A stretch of 63,963 bases of DNA, counting the filler, from Lama guanicoe (Eukaryota), in the NCBI GenBank assembly GCA_013239625.1. It is 80 parts of 79 records of this genome, joined end to end, with 100 filler letters (N's around TTAATTAATTAA, not from the genome) between each part and the next. Parts side by side here need not be neighbours in the genome. Positions count along the whole stretch, not along the records: positions 11,995 to 13,388 come from MU054601.1; positions 13,489 to 14,657 come from MU054602.1; positions 14,758 to 15,247 come from PNXV01008619.1; positions 15,348 to 15,748 come from MU054604.1; positions 15,849 to 16,513 come from MU054605.1; positions 16,614 to 17,071 come from PNXV01008630.1; positions 17,172 to 17,722 come from MU054607.1; positions 17,823 to 18,500 come from MU054608.1; 72 more parts are not named here. One strand, written 5' to 3'. The notes under the pieces were generated by a model that did not search any database, was not told the DNA's origin, and saw only the letters and a program-made list of their open reading frames with translations. Shown piece after piece: positions 11,995 to 24,035 of this stretch. How positions within the stretch are numbered: position 1 is the first letter of the stretch; every line of letters starts with the position of its first letter. A program made the translations under genes and the position numbers.

Positions 11995-13388
11995 CACATT
12001 ATTTAGAATATAGAATGCAGAATACTGAATATAGTATTTCGAAAAAAGTATGCAGAACACAGAATTTAGAATATAGAATACAGAATGGTGAATATAGAAT
12101 TTAGAGTATAGTATATAGAACACAGAATATAGAATATAGAATACAGAATTTAGAACATGGAATCAGAACACATTATTTAGAATATAGAATGCAGAATACT
12201 GAATATAGTATTTCGAAAAAAGTATGCAGAACACAGAATTTAGAATATAGGATACAGAGTACTGAAAATAGAATTTAGTATATAGAATGTAGAACACAGT
12301 ATACAGGATATAGACTACGTAATGCCGAATATAGAATGTAGAATTTAGAATGAAGAACTCTGAAATAGAATATAGAATATAGAATATAGAACCCAGAATT
12401 TACAACATGGAATGCAAAACACAGAATTTAGAATATAGAATACAGAATACTGAATATAGAATTTAGAATATNNNNNNNNNNNNNNNNNNNNNNNNNNNNN
12501 NNNNNNNNNNNNNNNNNNNNNNNNNNNNNNNNNNNNNNNNNNNNNNNNNNNNNNNNNNNNNNNNNNNNNNNNNNNNNNNNNNNNNNNNNNNNNNNNNNNN
12601 NNNNNNNNNNNNNNNNNNNNNNNNNNNNNNNNNNNNNNNNNNNNNNNNNNNNNNNNNNNNNNNNNNNNNNNNNNNNNNNNNNNNNNNNNNNNNNNNNNNN
12701 NNNNNNNNNNNNNNNNNNNNNNNNNNNNNNNNNNNNNNNNNNNNNNNNNNNNNNNNNNNNNNNNNNNNNNNNNNNNNNNNNNNNNNNNNNNNNNNNNNNN
12801 NNNNNNNNNNNNNNNNNNNNNNNNNNNNNNNNNNNNNNNNNNNNNNNNNNNNNNNNNNNNNNNNNNNNNNNNNNNNNNNNNNNNNNNNNNNNNNNNNNNN
12901 NNNNNNNNNNNNNNNNNNNNNNNNNNNNNNNNNNNNNNNNNNNNNNNNNNNNNNNNNNNNNNNNNNNNNNNNNNNNNNNNNNNNNNNNNNNNNNNNNNNN
13001 NNNNNNNNNNNNNNNNNNNNNNNNNNNNNNNNNNNNNNNNNNNNNNNNNNNNNNNNNNNNNNNNNNNNNNNNNNNNNNNNNNNNNNNNNNNNNNNNNNNN
13101 NNNNNNNNNNNNNNNNNNNNNNNNNNNNNNNNNNNNNNNNNNNNNAAAACAGAATACAGAACCCAGAATTTAGAACATGGAATGCAGAAAACAGAAGTTA
13201 GAATATAGAATGTAGATTACTGAATATAGAATTTAGGATATAGAATGTAGAACACAGAATATACAATATAGAATAGAGTATATAGAACCCAGAATTTAGA
13301 ACATGGAATTCAGGACACAGAATTTGGAATATAGAATATAAGTTACTGAATATAGAATTTAGTACATAGATTGCAGAACACTGAATTT
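11995..13388 (+). repeat. 7-bp AT-rich satellite (GAAnnnn)
   Basis: Continuous GAA-anchored 7-mers on both sides of an internal gap. Confidence 0.95.
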
Positions 13389-13488
13389 NNNNNNNNNNNN
13401 NNNNNNNNNNNNNNNNNNNNNNNNNNNNNNNNTTAATTAATTAANNNNNNNNNNNNNNNNNNNNNNNNNNNNNNNNNNNNNNNNNNNN

Positions 13489-14657
13489 TTATTGGCCCAA
13501 AAATTGGCCAAAACAGGTTGCTCTTTCCATGTTACAATGTATTGGACAATCACATAATCCAGAACAAAGTTCTGCTTTCCTCTCTTGGAAAGATGAGGAA
13601 GGACATTCTGTAGTATTTCAACCTTATATTCTTCCTGGCTTGCCTGTTAAATTATGGGGAAGAGATATTATGTCCAATGTGGGGGTATTTTTATATAGCC
13701 CTAACCCAACTGTTTCTCATCAGTTATTATCACAAGGACTATATCCTAATAAAGGCCTGGGGAGACATAATCAAGGAATTACCCAGCCATTACAAATTAA
13801 AGGAAAAAGAGATAGGACAGGTTTAGGGTATTTTTAATGGGGGCCCTTGACTGTCCTGCGACTCATGCAGACCNNNNNNNNNNNNNNNNNNNNNNNNNNN
13901 NNNNNNNNNNNNNNNNNNNNNNNNNNNNNNNNNNNNNNNNNNNNNNNNNNNNNNNNNNNNNNNNNNNNNNNNNNNNNNNNNNNNNNNNNNNNNNNNNNNN
14001 NNNNNNNNNNNNNNNNNNNNNNNNNNNNNNNNNNNNNNNNNNNNNNNNNTAAAGTAAATGAGACTTTAGAGTTGATGGGTGCTCTACAACCTGGCCTGCC
14101 TACTCCTATGGCCATACCTGATGGAACATATAAAATTATTATTGATTTAAAAGACTGTTTTTATACTATTCCTTTATATCCTGATGATTGTAAAAGATTT
14201 GCATTCAGTGTTCCTTCTACGAACTTTAAAGAGCCTATAAAACCAGCTGGTTTTACCTCAAGGTATGTCTAATAGCCCCACCTTATGTCAAAAATTTGTT
14301 GCTAAAGCCTTACAACCCATTCGTTTGAGATATCCAGATGTTTATCTAATCCACTATATGGATGATATTTCAATTGCACATTCTCAGGAGGGCTATTTAT
14401 TAACTGTATATGATCAAATGCTAATAGCCTTAAATTCTTTTGGCCTTCAAATTGCAGAAGAAAAAGTTCAACGATTTTGTCCGTATGCTTCTTTGGGATT
14501 TCGACTTCATAAATTTACTTTTCAAACCCAAAAGATTCAGTTATGTACTGATTCTTTGTTAACTTTAAATGATTTTCAAAAATTTCTTGGCGATATCAAT
14601 TGGATTCACCCTTATTTAAAGCTTTCTACAGGAACTTTAAAGCCTTTATTTGACATC
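13489..14657 (+). mobile_element. Defective betaretrovirus-like ERV (class II) pro-pol fragment
   Basis: Protease C-terminus PVKLWGRDIM plus G-patch GLYPNKGLGRHNQG, stop at 13835-13837; pol starts in the -1 frame. RT motifs [64 protein letters not shown]. Deletion/frameshift near 14240-14250. Confidence 0.95.
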
Positions 14658-14757
14658 NNNNNNNNNNNNNNNNNNNNNNNNNNNNNNNNNNNNNNNNNNN
14701 NTTAATTAATTAANNNNNNNNNNNNNNNNNNNNNNNNNNNNNNNNNNNNNNNNNNNN

Positions 14758-15247
14758 CAACTCCACGCAGCTCTCTTCAGTCACAGGTGTTCCCTATTCG
14801 GGGTAATTCGGAGAATTAATTTCCTTAACCTTGGGGTGGCAGCCGCTGACCCTGGGAATTGCAGCGCAGATCGCAAGCATTACCTTGCAGCCAGACATTA
14901 GGAAAACCCTCAGAGGAGACGAGCTTATGCAATCCGTTAGAACCCACGCACTGCCGATCGTTGGTGGAACCTTCCAGGCTCAGGATTCCGGAACCATAAT
15001 CAGTGCATGGGGGAGCTCAAGAGACAATTCCACGCAGCTCTCTTCAGTCACAGGTGTTCCCGGTTCGGGGGAAGACCCAGGAATATCTTCCCTGTCTTTA
15101 GGGTGGCAGCCTATGTCTCTGGGATTTCCTGTAAACATCCTGTAAACTCCCCTAGCGTTCTCTGGCAAAGAGACATGAGGAAAACAATCACGGGTGATGA
15201 GCTTAGGCATTCCCTTAGAGCCCATGCGCTGCCGACCGTTGGTGGAA
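14758..15247 (+). repeat. 267-bp satellite (family A), diverged monomers
   Basis: ccacgcagctctcttcagtcacaggtgttcc occurs twice about 267 bp apart. Confidence 0.93.
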
Positions 15248-15347
15248 NNNNNNNNNNNNNNNNNNNNNNNNNNNNNNNNNNNNNNNNNNNNTTAATTAAT
15301 TAANNNNNNNNNNNNNNNNNNNNNNNNNNNNNNNNNNNNNNNNNNNN

Positions 15348-15748
15348 GATTCTTTATATTTGCTAACACCACTGCATATATATGTAATGGGTGGTACGAC
15401 TGCAACTTGGTTTTACAGTGAAAACTGCAGGAACTTCAAACCGGCACTAGGAAACAGACTGAGAACCCAGAGTAAGTGTTTCACTTTCTACCAGTTCTTT
15501 TAGTGCTGGATCAACGAACCTCTCTCCACATGCTCAGTTATCAGAGATAAGGGTTTGTGAAAGACGTCCTTCACGTAGCTTGAAGGGAACACAAAGTTTC
15601 TTTTCAGTTGCTAACACCAATGAGAATCCAAGTGTTTGTCCTGTAAATCGTTCATTTTTTCCTGGATGAACGAACCGGTCTACACATGCTAATTTCTGAG
15701 AGATAATTCTGTGCAAACCATACTTCATCTTGCTTGAAGGGAAGGGAA
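15348..15748 (+). repeat. ~250-bp satellite (family B), diverged
   Basis: cttcaaaccggcactaggaaacagactgagaa is shared with 33089-33825. Confidence 0.88.
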
Positions 15749-15848
15749 NNNNNNNNNNNNNNNNNNNNNNNNNNNNNNNNNNNNNNNNNNNNTTAATTAA
15801 TTAANNNNNNNNNNNNNNNNNNNNNNNNNNNNNNNNNNNNNNNNNNNN

Positions 15849-15992
15849 ACATATTAAGTGTTATCCTATGGGATTTGTCTTTCACTTTCTGACTTACCTC
15901 ACTAAGTATGATAATCTCTAGGTCCTTCCATGTTGCTGCAAATGGCATTATTTCATTCTTTTTTATGGCTGAGTTGTATTCCATTACATATA
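15849..15992 (-). mobile_element. L1 ORF2 C-terminus fragment
   Basis: MEYNSAIKKNEIMPFAATWKDLEIIILSEVSQ is the L1 ORF2 end. Confidence 0.92.
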
Positions 15993-17171
15993 AGTACTAC
16001 CATACAAAATGGCAGTTTTAAACATCAAGACCCATGACATTAGTAACAAATTGGAATTGTTTTAATAATTTAGTTTCGGCCATCTCATGAACTAATTATC
16101 CATTTGATTAACAATTGGGGAGAATTAGATACAGGTAGATTGTAGTTTTAGTAGGCATTGGAAAAATTCTTGAAGTGGGTATTATGAGCCTTTTTAANNN
16201 NNNNNNNNNNNNNNNNNNNNNNNNNNNNNNNNNNNNNNNNNNNNNNNNNNNNNNNNNNNNNNNNNNNNNNNNNNNNNNNNNNNNNNNNNNNNNNNNNNNN
16301 NNNNNNNNNNNNNNNNNNNNNNNNNNNNNNNNNNNNNNNNNNNNNNNNNNNNNNNNNNNNNNNNNNNNNNNNNNNNNNNNNNNNNNNNNNNNTGAATCTT
16401 TCCATTTGACTAACAGTCAGGGAGAATTCAGTACAGATTGACTATAGTTTTAGTAGGCATTGGGAAAATTCTTGAAGTGGGTATTATGAGTCTTAATCAC
16501 AATTTTTATTACANNNNNNNNNNNNNNNNNNNNNNNNNNNNNNNNNNNNNNNNNNNNTTAATTAATTAANNNNNNNNNNNNNNNNNNNNNNNNNNNNNNN
16601 NNNNNNNNNNNNNTTATCTGACCTCTTTCAAGAACATGAGCGTTTTTATCATTTCTGCCATCGCTTCACTTTAGACGTCAGGGATCTTGGACCCGTTCTT
16701 GGATCAGAGAATTGAGGAACTTCCTCCAGTCCACGGTGGCCCTCCGTATGTTTCTGCTAGTATCAGCGAGGTTCAATATGTCTCATGAATGCCTTTCGAG
16801 CCTGAAAAAAAAGTCTCCAGGCCAGTATTCTCTATTGTAGCAGAACATCTCTCATCAATGTGTTCGCATCTCTCCTCAATCCGTGCAGCCATATTTTCGG
16901 CCAGCTTCTCTTCGTGTCTCCCATAAAGTCGACTTCAACAGGACTGGGCAAGTCTGAAAGGACCTCGGAGCCTCTCCAGTAAGCTGAAGACAGGCAGATG
17001 TTCCACTGTCTGTCATTTCAGTTTCTGAAAAATGACCCGTGAACTCAGGTCTTTGGGCAGCAGCAGTATCTNNNNNNNNNNNNNNNNNNNNNNNNNNNNN
17101 NNNNNNNNNNNNNNNTTAATTAATTAANNNNNNNNNNNNNNNNNNNNNNNNNNNNNNNNNNNNNNNNNNNN

Positions 17172-17722
17172 ACGCTCAGGATTCCGGAACCATTGTCATT
17201 GATTGGGGGAGCTCGAGAGACAACTCCACGCAGCTCTCTTCAGTCACAGGTGTTCCCTGCTCGGGGAAGTCCGAGAAACACCTTCCCTGACCTTGGGGAG
17301 GCAGCCTCTGTCACTGGGATTTCCTGCAACCCCCCCTGGCATTCCCTGGCTCAGAGAAATTTGGAAAACACTCAGGGGAGACGAGCACAGGAATTCCGTT
17401 AAAACCCACGCGCTGCCGACCGTTGGTTTAACCTCCCGACGCTCAGGATTTCGGAAACATTGTCATTGAGTGGGGGAGCTCGAGAGACAACTCCACGCAG
17501 CTCTCTTCAGTCACAGGTGTTCCCTGTTCGGGGAAGTCCGAAAAATAACTTCCCTGAACTTGGGAAGGCAGCCTCTGTCACTGGGATTTCCTGAAACCAC
17601 CCCTAGCATTCCCTGGCACAGAGACTTGAAGAAAACCCTCCGGGGAAACGAGCACATTCATTCCGATACAACCAACGCGCTGCCTACCGTTGGTGGAACG
17701 TTCTCACGCTCAGAATTCCGGA
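17172..17722 (+). repeat. 267-bp satellite (family A), 2 monomers
   Basis: caactccacg at 17221 and 17488 (period 267). Confidence 0.96.
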
Positions 17723-17822
17723 NNNNNNNNNNNNNNNNNNNNNNNNNNNNNNNNNNNNNNNNNNNNTTAATTAATTAANNNNNNNNNNNNNNNNNNNNNN
17801 NNNNNNNNNNNNNNNNNNNNNN

Positions 17823-18500
17823 AATTTAGAAGTGGAGTGCAGAACAGAGAATTTAGAATATAGAATACAGACGGCTGATTATAGTTTTTAGAATATAGAA
17901 TGTAGAACCCAGAAAATAGAATATAGAATACGGAATGCAGAATATAGTATGTAGAATATAGAATGAAGAACACAAAGTATAGAATATAGAATAGAGAATA
18001 TACAAACCAGAATTTAGAAAATGGAATGCAGAACACAGAATTNNNNNNNNNNNNNNNNNNNNNNNNNNNNNNNNATTTAGAACATGTAGAACACAGAATA
18101 TAGAATAGAGAATAGAGAATATAGAAGCCAGAATTTAGAACATGTAATGCAGAACACACAATTTGGAATATAGAATACAGACTACTGAATATAGAATTTA
18201 GAATATAGAATGTAGAACCCTAAGTACAGAATATAGAATACGGAATACTGAATATAGGATTTAGTATATAGAATGTAAATCACAGAATATAGAATATGGA
18301 AAAGAGTATAGAGAACCCTGAATTTACAACATGGAATGTAGAACACAGAATTTAGAATTTATAATTCAGAAAACTGAATATAGAATATAGAACATAGAAT
18401 GCGGAACACAGGATTAAGTATATAGAATACAGAATACTGAATATAGAATTAAGAACATGGAATGTAGAACGCAGAATTTAGACTATAGAATAAAGAATAC
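17823..18500 (+). repeat. 7-bp AT-rich satellite
   Basis: GAA-anchored 7-mers. Confidence 0.95.
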
Positions 18501-18600
18501 NNNNNNNNNNNNNNNNNNNNNNNNNNNNNNNNNNNNNNNNNNNNTTAATTAATTAANNNNNNNNNNNNNNNNNNNNNNNNNNNNNNNNNNNNNNNNNNNN

Positions 18601-19753
18601 CTCCGTATCAGGCAACGAAACAGGGTAGACAAGTTAAGCGATTTCATAAAAACAAATGCCCTGCTCTCAGTTGGAGGAGGCTGCCCACTCTCAGGATAAC
18701 GGTGCAAGTGTTCGTGTGTGTGCTGGAGGTGTGGAAACAGACTCCACGGATCTTTATGGGGGCACAGGTGTTCCCAGGTTAGGGATGTAGTTTAAACACC
18801 TTCACAAACCATAGANNNNNNNNNNNNNNNNNNNNNNNNNNNNNNNNNNNNNNNNNNNNNNNNNNNNNNNNNNNNNNNNNNNNNNNNNNNNNNNNNNNNN
18901 ATTAGAACCCAGGCGCTGCTGTCAGTTGGAGGAACTTCCCTGCACTCAGAATTCCAGAAGACATTCTTAGGTGTGGGAGAGATGTGCAGCCCCGCTCCAC
19001 CCAGATGAATGGAGGAAAAGGTGTTCCGTTTAAGGAGAAGTCCTCTAAGTACTTCCTCAATAGATTAGGTGGCACTCACTGCTACATGGCCGCCAAGCCC
19101 AACCGCCAGCTTTCCCTCATGGCCTGGCGTAAAAGAACACTCAGGGAACAGAAGCTAAGGGATACTAATAGAATCCAGGTGCTGCTGTCAGTTTGAGGAA
19201 ATTCCCCACACTTAGAATACCAGAAAACATCTTCGTGTGTGTGCTGGATGTAGGGAAACAGTCAAAGCATCTTTNNNNNNNNNNNNNNNNNNNNNNNNNN
19301 NNNNNNNNNNNNNNNNNNNNNNNNNNNNNNNNNNNNNNNNNNNNNNNNNNNNNNNNNNNNNNNNNNNNNNNNNNNNNNNNNNNNNNNNNNNNNNNNNNNN
19401 NNNNNNNNNNNNNNNNNNNNNNNNNNNNNNNNNNNNNNNNNNNNNNNNNNNNNNNNNNNNNNNNNNNNNNNNNNNNNNNNNNNNNNNNNNNNNNNNNNNN
19501 NNNNNNNNNNNNNNNNNNNNNNNNNNNNNNNNNNNNNNNNNNNNNNNNNNNNNNNNNNNNNNNNNNNNNNNNNNNNNNNNNNNNNNNNNNNNNNNNNNNN
19601 NNNNNNNNNNNCTAATACTTGGCTTTAGAGCCCATCCCCCACCATCGCTTACTGCTAGGCCTAGGAAAACACATAGGAAAATCAAGCTAAGGGATTCTAT
19701 TAAAGCTCAGGTGCTGCTGTCTGTTGGAGGAACCTCCCCACACTCAGAACCCC
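18601..19753 (+). repeat. ~266-bp satellite (family C), diverged monomers
   Basis: Recurrent gctgctgtcagttggaggaac..cc.cactcagaa. 19612-19753 is nearly the reverse complement of 25971-26112. Confidence 0.85.
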
Positions 19754-20368
19754 NNNNNNNNNNNNNNNNNNNNNNNNNNNNNNNNNNNNNNNNNNNNTTA
19801 ATTAATTAANNNNNNNNNNNNNNNNNNNNNNNNNNNNNNNNNNNNNNNNNNNNTTCTTTGTGCTGTTCTCAAAGCATTCCAATTGGTGCTTTCATTTCCT
19901 TCCCTCAAGAGTCTACACTATATTTTCTTTTTGATAATTTATCTTGCATTTATTTTTCAGCCAAAGACAAGCTAACTTCCTCAGGGTGGCACTTAATGCC
20001 TTTTCAAATCTAAGCAAACAAATTCAACTTTGTTTACTAATTTCTTTATAAATCTGGACTCTGCCTACCTTGGCATATCTATATGATTCACTGTATCTTG
20101 AGATACATCCAGGCAAATGCTTGTCAACTATGTTAGCTGGAACCTCACCACTTTGCTCCAGCTCATCCTTGGGCTTTGGGTGTCCTCCTTTTACCTACTT
20201 AGATTTTCCCGGTCTCAGCACAGAAACTACCTCCTTCAGATGTTTTCTGTCTATACGCCTTTCCTTGTNNNNNNNNNNNNNNNNNNNNNNNNNNNNNNNN
20301 NNNNNNNNNNNNTTAATTAATTAANNNNNNNNNNNNNNNNNNNNNNNNNNNNNNNNNNNNNNNNNNNN

Positions 20369-20500
20369 AAAAATGTGCAAGTGTCTTGAAATTGGATAAT
20401 GGGTAAAAACTGGAAGACTTTTGAGGTACATGACAGGAAAATAACTTAGACTGCCTGGAAGGATCCATCAGTAGAAATAAGAACATTAAAGGGGATTATA
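20369..20500 (+). mobile_element. MaLR internal (MLT1-int-like) fragment
   Basis: aaaatgtgcaagtgtcttgaaattggataatgggtaaaaactggaagacttttgaggtacatg resembles the recalled MLT1-int. Confidence 0.6.
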
Positions 20501-21094
20501 ATGAGAAACCCCCACCAATCTATAGTCTAGTGGAGGGATAGTAGTAATTGAGAGAAAGTTCACTGATGTTAAGAATACAACCTTTGCTGTTTGTGTGTTT
20601 GTTTATGAGGAAGAGCATCTGCTGAAGCAACTCCTCCAGAAAAGCAACTTAATCTGAAGGGTCATGTTGAGATCCTTGGACTTTGTGTAGAGTGTATTTC
20701 CCACTTCCTGGGGAAAAGTACCTTCTCACCAGAAGTGTCCCTTCTGACTCAGGATATGCATTTTTATTCAATTTGTCAAAGGAGCTGATGGAGACAAATG
20801 TCAGAAATCCAGAGCCCCTTAAAGATTGAACGTTATAATATCAAAAGAAGCAATATTATCATAATTAATCAAGTATGTCCANNNNNNNNNNNNNNNNNNN
20901 NNNNNNNNNNNNNNNNNNNNNNNNNTTAATTAATTAANNNNNNNNNNNNNNNNNNNNNNNNNNNNNNNNNNNNNNNNNNNNATGAGGAAACAGAGACCAA
21001 GCGTTGAAGCAGCCTTGGCCAAGGTCAGGCTGCTCTTAAATGCTGGCCTGTGTCGGGCATGCCAAGCGATGAGCTGCAGTGAAGGGGCTGAGAG

Positions 21095-21265
21095 GGGGCT
21101 CTGGGGCTTGACAGCTTGGGTTCAAGTCCCAGCTCTGCCATGTATTAGCCGTGTGAATAATGAATGTCCTTACCTTTAAAGTGGAACTCATAGTGGTGCC
21201 TACTCATTGGATTGTCGTGAACACAGCGTTCCTGGAACAGCAGGACAGAGTTCTGTAAGGGTTTG
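21095..21265 (+). mobile_element. MIR SINE fragment
   Basis: gggttcaagtcccagctctgccatgtattagccgtgtga is the MIR core. Confidence 0.7.
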
Positions 21266-22369
21266 NNNNNNNNNNNNNNNNNNNNNNNNNNNNNNNNNNN
21301 NNNNNNNNNNNNNNNNNNNNNNNNNNNNNNNNNNNNNNNNNNNNNNNNNNNNNNNNNNNNNNNNNNNNNNNNNNNNNNNNNNNNNNNNNNNNNNNNNNNN
21401 NNNNNNNNNNNNNNNNNNNNNNNNNNNNNNNNNNNNNNNNNNNNNNNNNNNNNNNNNNNNNNNNNNNNNNNNNNNNNNNNNNNNNNNNNNNNNNNNNNNN
21501 NNNNNNNNNNNNNNNNNNNNNNNNNNNCTTTTCCAGGAAGAGGGACAAAAAGTTAAAAATGACTCAGTGCCTCTCGGTCCCCAGTGAGTTGGTTGTGACC
21601 TGTCAACCCAGCTTTGGGGAAGTGCCCGCTTCCCCTGGGCTCACTGAGCTGCCCCGCAGACTCCAAGGGGAGCTGTACCCCCACACGAATCCAGCCTCTT
21701 GGTTCCTATCTTTGCTTCAGATCCCTCAAGGACTGCCCATGTTCCAGGGCCCCATCTGCCCTACCAACCTTGGCTGCTGGACTCCAGGACACTATCCTGG
21801 GTCTCAACCATCATCTGTTCCTATGACCGCCCCACTACTCTACATTTTGTCCTTCAAGTGTGGGCTCCTNNNNNNNNNNNNNNNNNNNNNNNNNNNNNNN
21901 NNNNNNNNNNNNNNNNNNNNNNNNNNNNNNNNNNNNNNNNNNNNNNNNNNNNNNNNNNNNNNNNNNNNNNNNNNNNNNNNNNNNNNNNNNNNNNNNNNNN
22001 NNNNNNNNNNNNNNNNNNNNNNNNNNNNNNNNNNNNNNNNNNNNNNNNNNNNNNNNNNNNNNNNNNNNNNNNNNNNNNNNNNNNNNNNNNNNNNNNNNNN
22101 NNNNNNNNNNNNNNNNNNNNNNNNNNNNNNNNNNNNNNNNNNNNNNNNNNNNNNNNNNNNNNNNNNNNNNNNNNNNNNNNNNNNNNNNNNNNNNNNNNNN
22201 NNNNNNNNNNNNNNNNNNNNNNNNNNNNNNNNNNNNNNNNNNNNNNNNNNNNNNNNNNNNNNNNNNNNNNNNNNNNNNNNNNNNNNNNNNNNNNNNNNNN
22301 NNGTTTAGCTTTCCTGGACTGAGTTTTGAGAAGCCGGGGGGGGGAGGGGAGAGGGGGAGGGGAGATAAT

Positions 22370-22534
22370 TCAGCAATATTGAACCTAACAGAGACATTAA
22401 AAGTTTCTATTCTAAACAGAAAGGAAGCAGGATGCTCTAGAAACAGGAAAACCATAGTTGGAAATGCAATAACGAGTTACAAGAGGATAAACATAAAGAT
22501 GTAAAAAAAAAAAAAGGACATCAAAATAAAAAAA
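22370..22534 (+). mobile_element. L1 ORF1 end / inter-ORF fragment
   Basis: Similar to 60750-60849 (ctaaa..aaaggaagcagg.tgc..tagaaa). Confidence 0.55.
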
Positions 22535-23189
22535 GNNNNNNNNNNNNNNNNNNNNNNNNNNNNNNNNNNNNNNNNNNNNTTAATTAATTAANNNNNNNNN
22601 NNNNNNNNNNNNNNNNNNNNNNNNNNNNNNNNNNNTCTTGGACTCTTTCTTGTTAAGCTTTTTGTAATACATTCTTATCAACTCAGACCTGGGTAGACGC
22701 CGTGTTGGGAGCTGAGCTCGTGCCAGACTACAGAACCTGAAGGGCCCAGCAAGTCCCCTCACCCAGAAACCTGGCCCACAGCCACTGCCAGGCCCTGTTC
22801 TGTATCTGTGAGTGCTCATAGGAAAATGCCAGGGACTCAGGGTCAATGTGACTTGATTAAGAAATTCAAACTGGGATAGCCTTTTACTGTAATCTGGGAG
22901 TGAAACTGGCAGTGAAGTAAGGGAGGAAACAGCCCTGGTTGTAAGAATATTTCTAGGGAAGAAGTTTCCCTGATGGGCTGGCATGGGAATCGCTGTGGTT
23001 GCGGGCCCCCTGTTGCCCTGTGGGGGTGTGGTCAGGGAAAGAGAGTGGCTGTTCAGACTGGTCATAGTCACTACTGTTTTTAAACTGCTNNNNNNNNNNN
23101 NNNNNNNNNNNNNNNNNNNNNNNNNNNNNNNNNTTAATTAATTAANNNNNNNNNNNNNNNNNNNNNNNNNNNNNNNNNNNNNNNNNNNN

Positions 23190-23935
23190 ATTGTATCTTG
23201 TCTTATGTTTAAGTCTTTGATCCATTTTGAGTTTATTCCTGTGTATGCTGTAAGGGAGTGTTCTAGCTTCATCGCTTTATATGCTGCTGTCCAGTTTTCC
23301 CAACACCATTTGCTGAAGAGACTGTCTTTATTCCATTGTACATTCTTGCCTCCTTTGTTGAAGATTAGTTGACCAAAAGTTTATGGGTTCATTTCTGGGC
23401 TCTCTATTCTGTTCCATTGGTCTATATGTCTGTTTTGGTACCAATAGCATGCTGTCTTGATCACTGTAGCTCTATAGTATTGTCTGAAGTCTGGGAGAGT
23501 TATTCCTCCAGCCTCTTTCTTTCTCTTCAGTAATGCTTTGGCAATTCTAGGTCTTTGATGGTTCCATATAAATTTTATTATGATTTGTTCTAGTTCTGTG
23601 AAATATGTCCTGGGTAANNNNNNNNNNNNNNNNNNNNNNNTAAATCTGTAGATTGCCTTGGGCAGTGTGACCATTTTAACAATATTGATTCTTCCAATCC
23701 AAGAGCATGGACTAGCTTTCCATTTTCTAAAGTCTTCTTTAATTTCCTTCATCAATGGTTTATAGTTTTCTGTGTATAATTCTTTCACCTCCTTGGTTAG
23801 GTTTATTCCTAGGTATTTTATTACTTTGGGTGCTATTTTAAAGGGAATTGTTTCTTTACTCTCTTTTTCTGTTGATTCATCGTTATTGTAAAGAAACGCA
23901 ACTGATTTTTGAATGTTAATCTTGTAACCTGCTAC
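23190..23935 (-). mobile_element. Young L1 ORF2 fragment (post-RT region)
   Basis: [23 protein letters not shown]...[21 protein letters not shown]...[10 protein letters not shown]. Confidence 0.97.
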
Positions 23936-24035
23936 NNNNNNNNNNNNNNNNNNNNNNNNNNNNNNNNNNNNNNNNNNNNTTAATTAATTAANNNNNNNNN
24001 NNNNNNNNNNNNNNNNNNNNNNNNNNNNNNNNNNN

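Noticed and set aside
11133..16788. Shared 14-mer CATGAGACATATTG between the putative exon at 11118 and the minus strand of the 16614 contig
   Set aside because: No similarity extends beyond it, and a few 14-mer matches are expected by chance in this much sequence.
19193..22504. Long ORFs of 140-250 aa in the ORF track
   Set aside because: Mostly X residues from N gaps.
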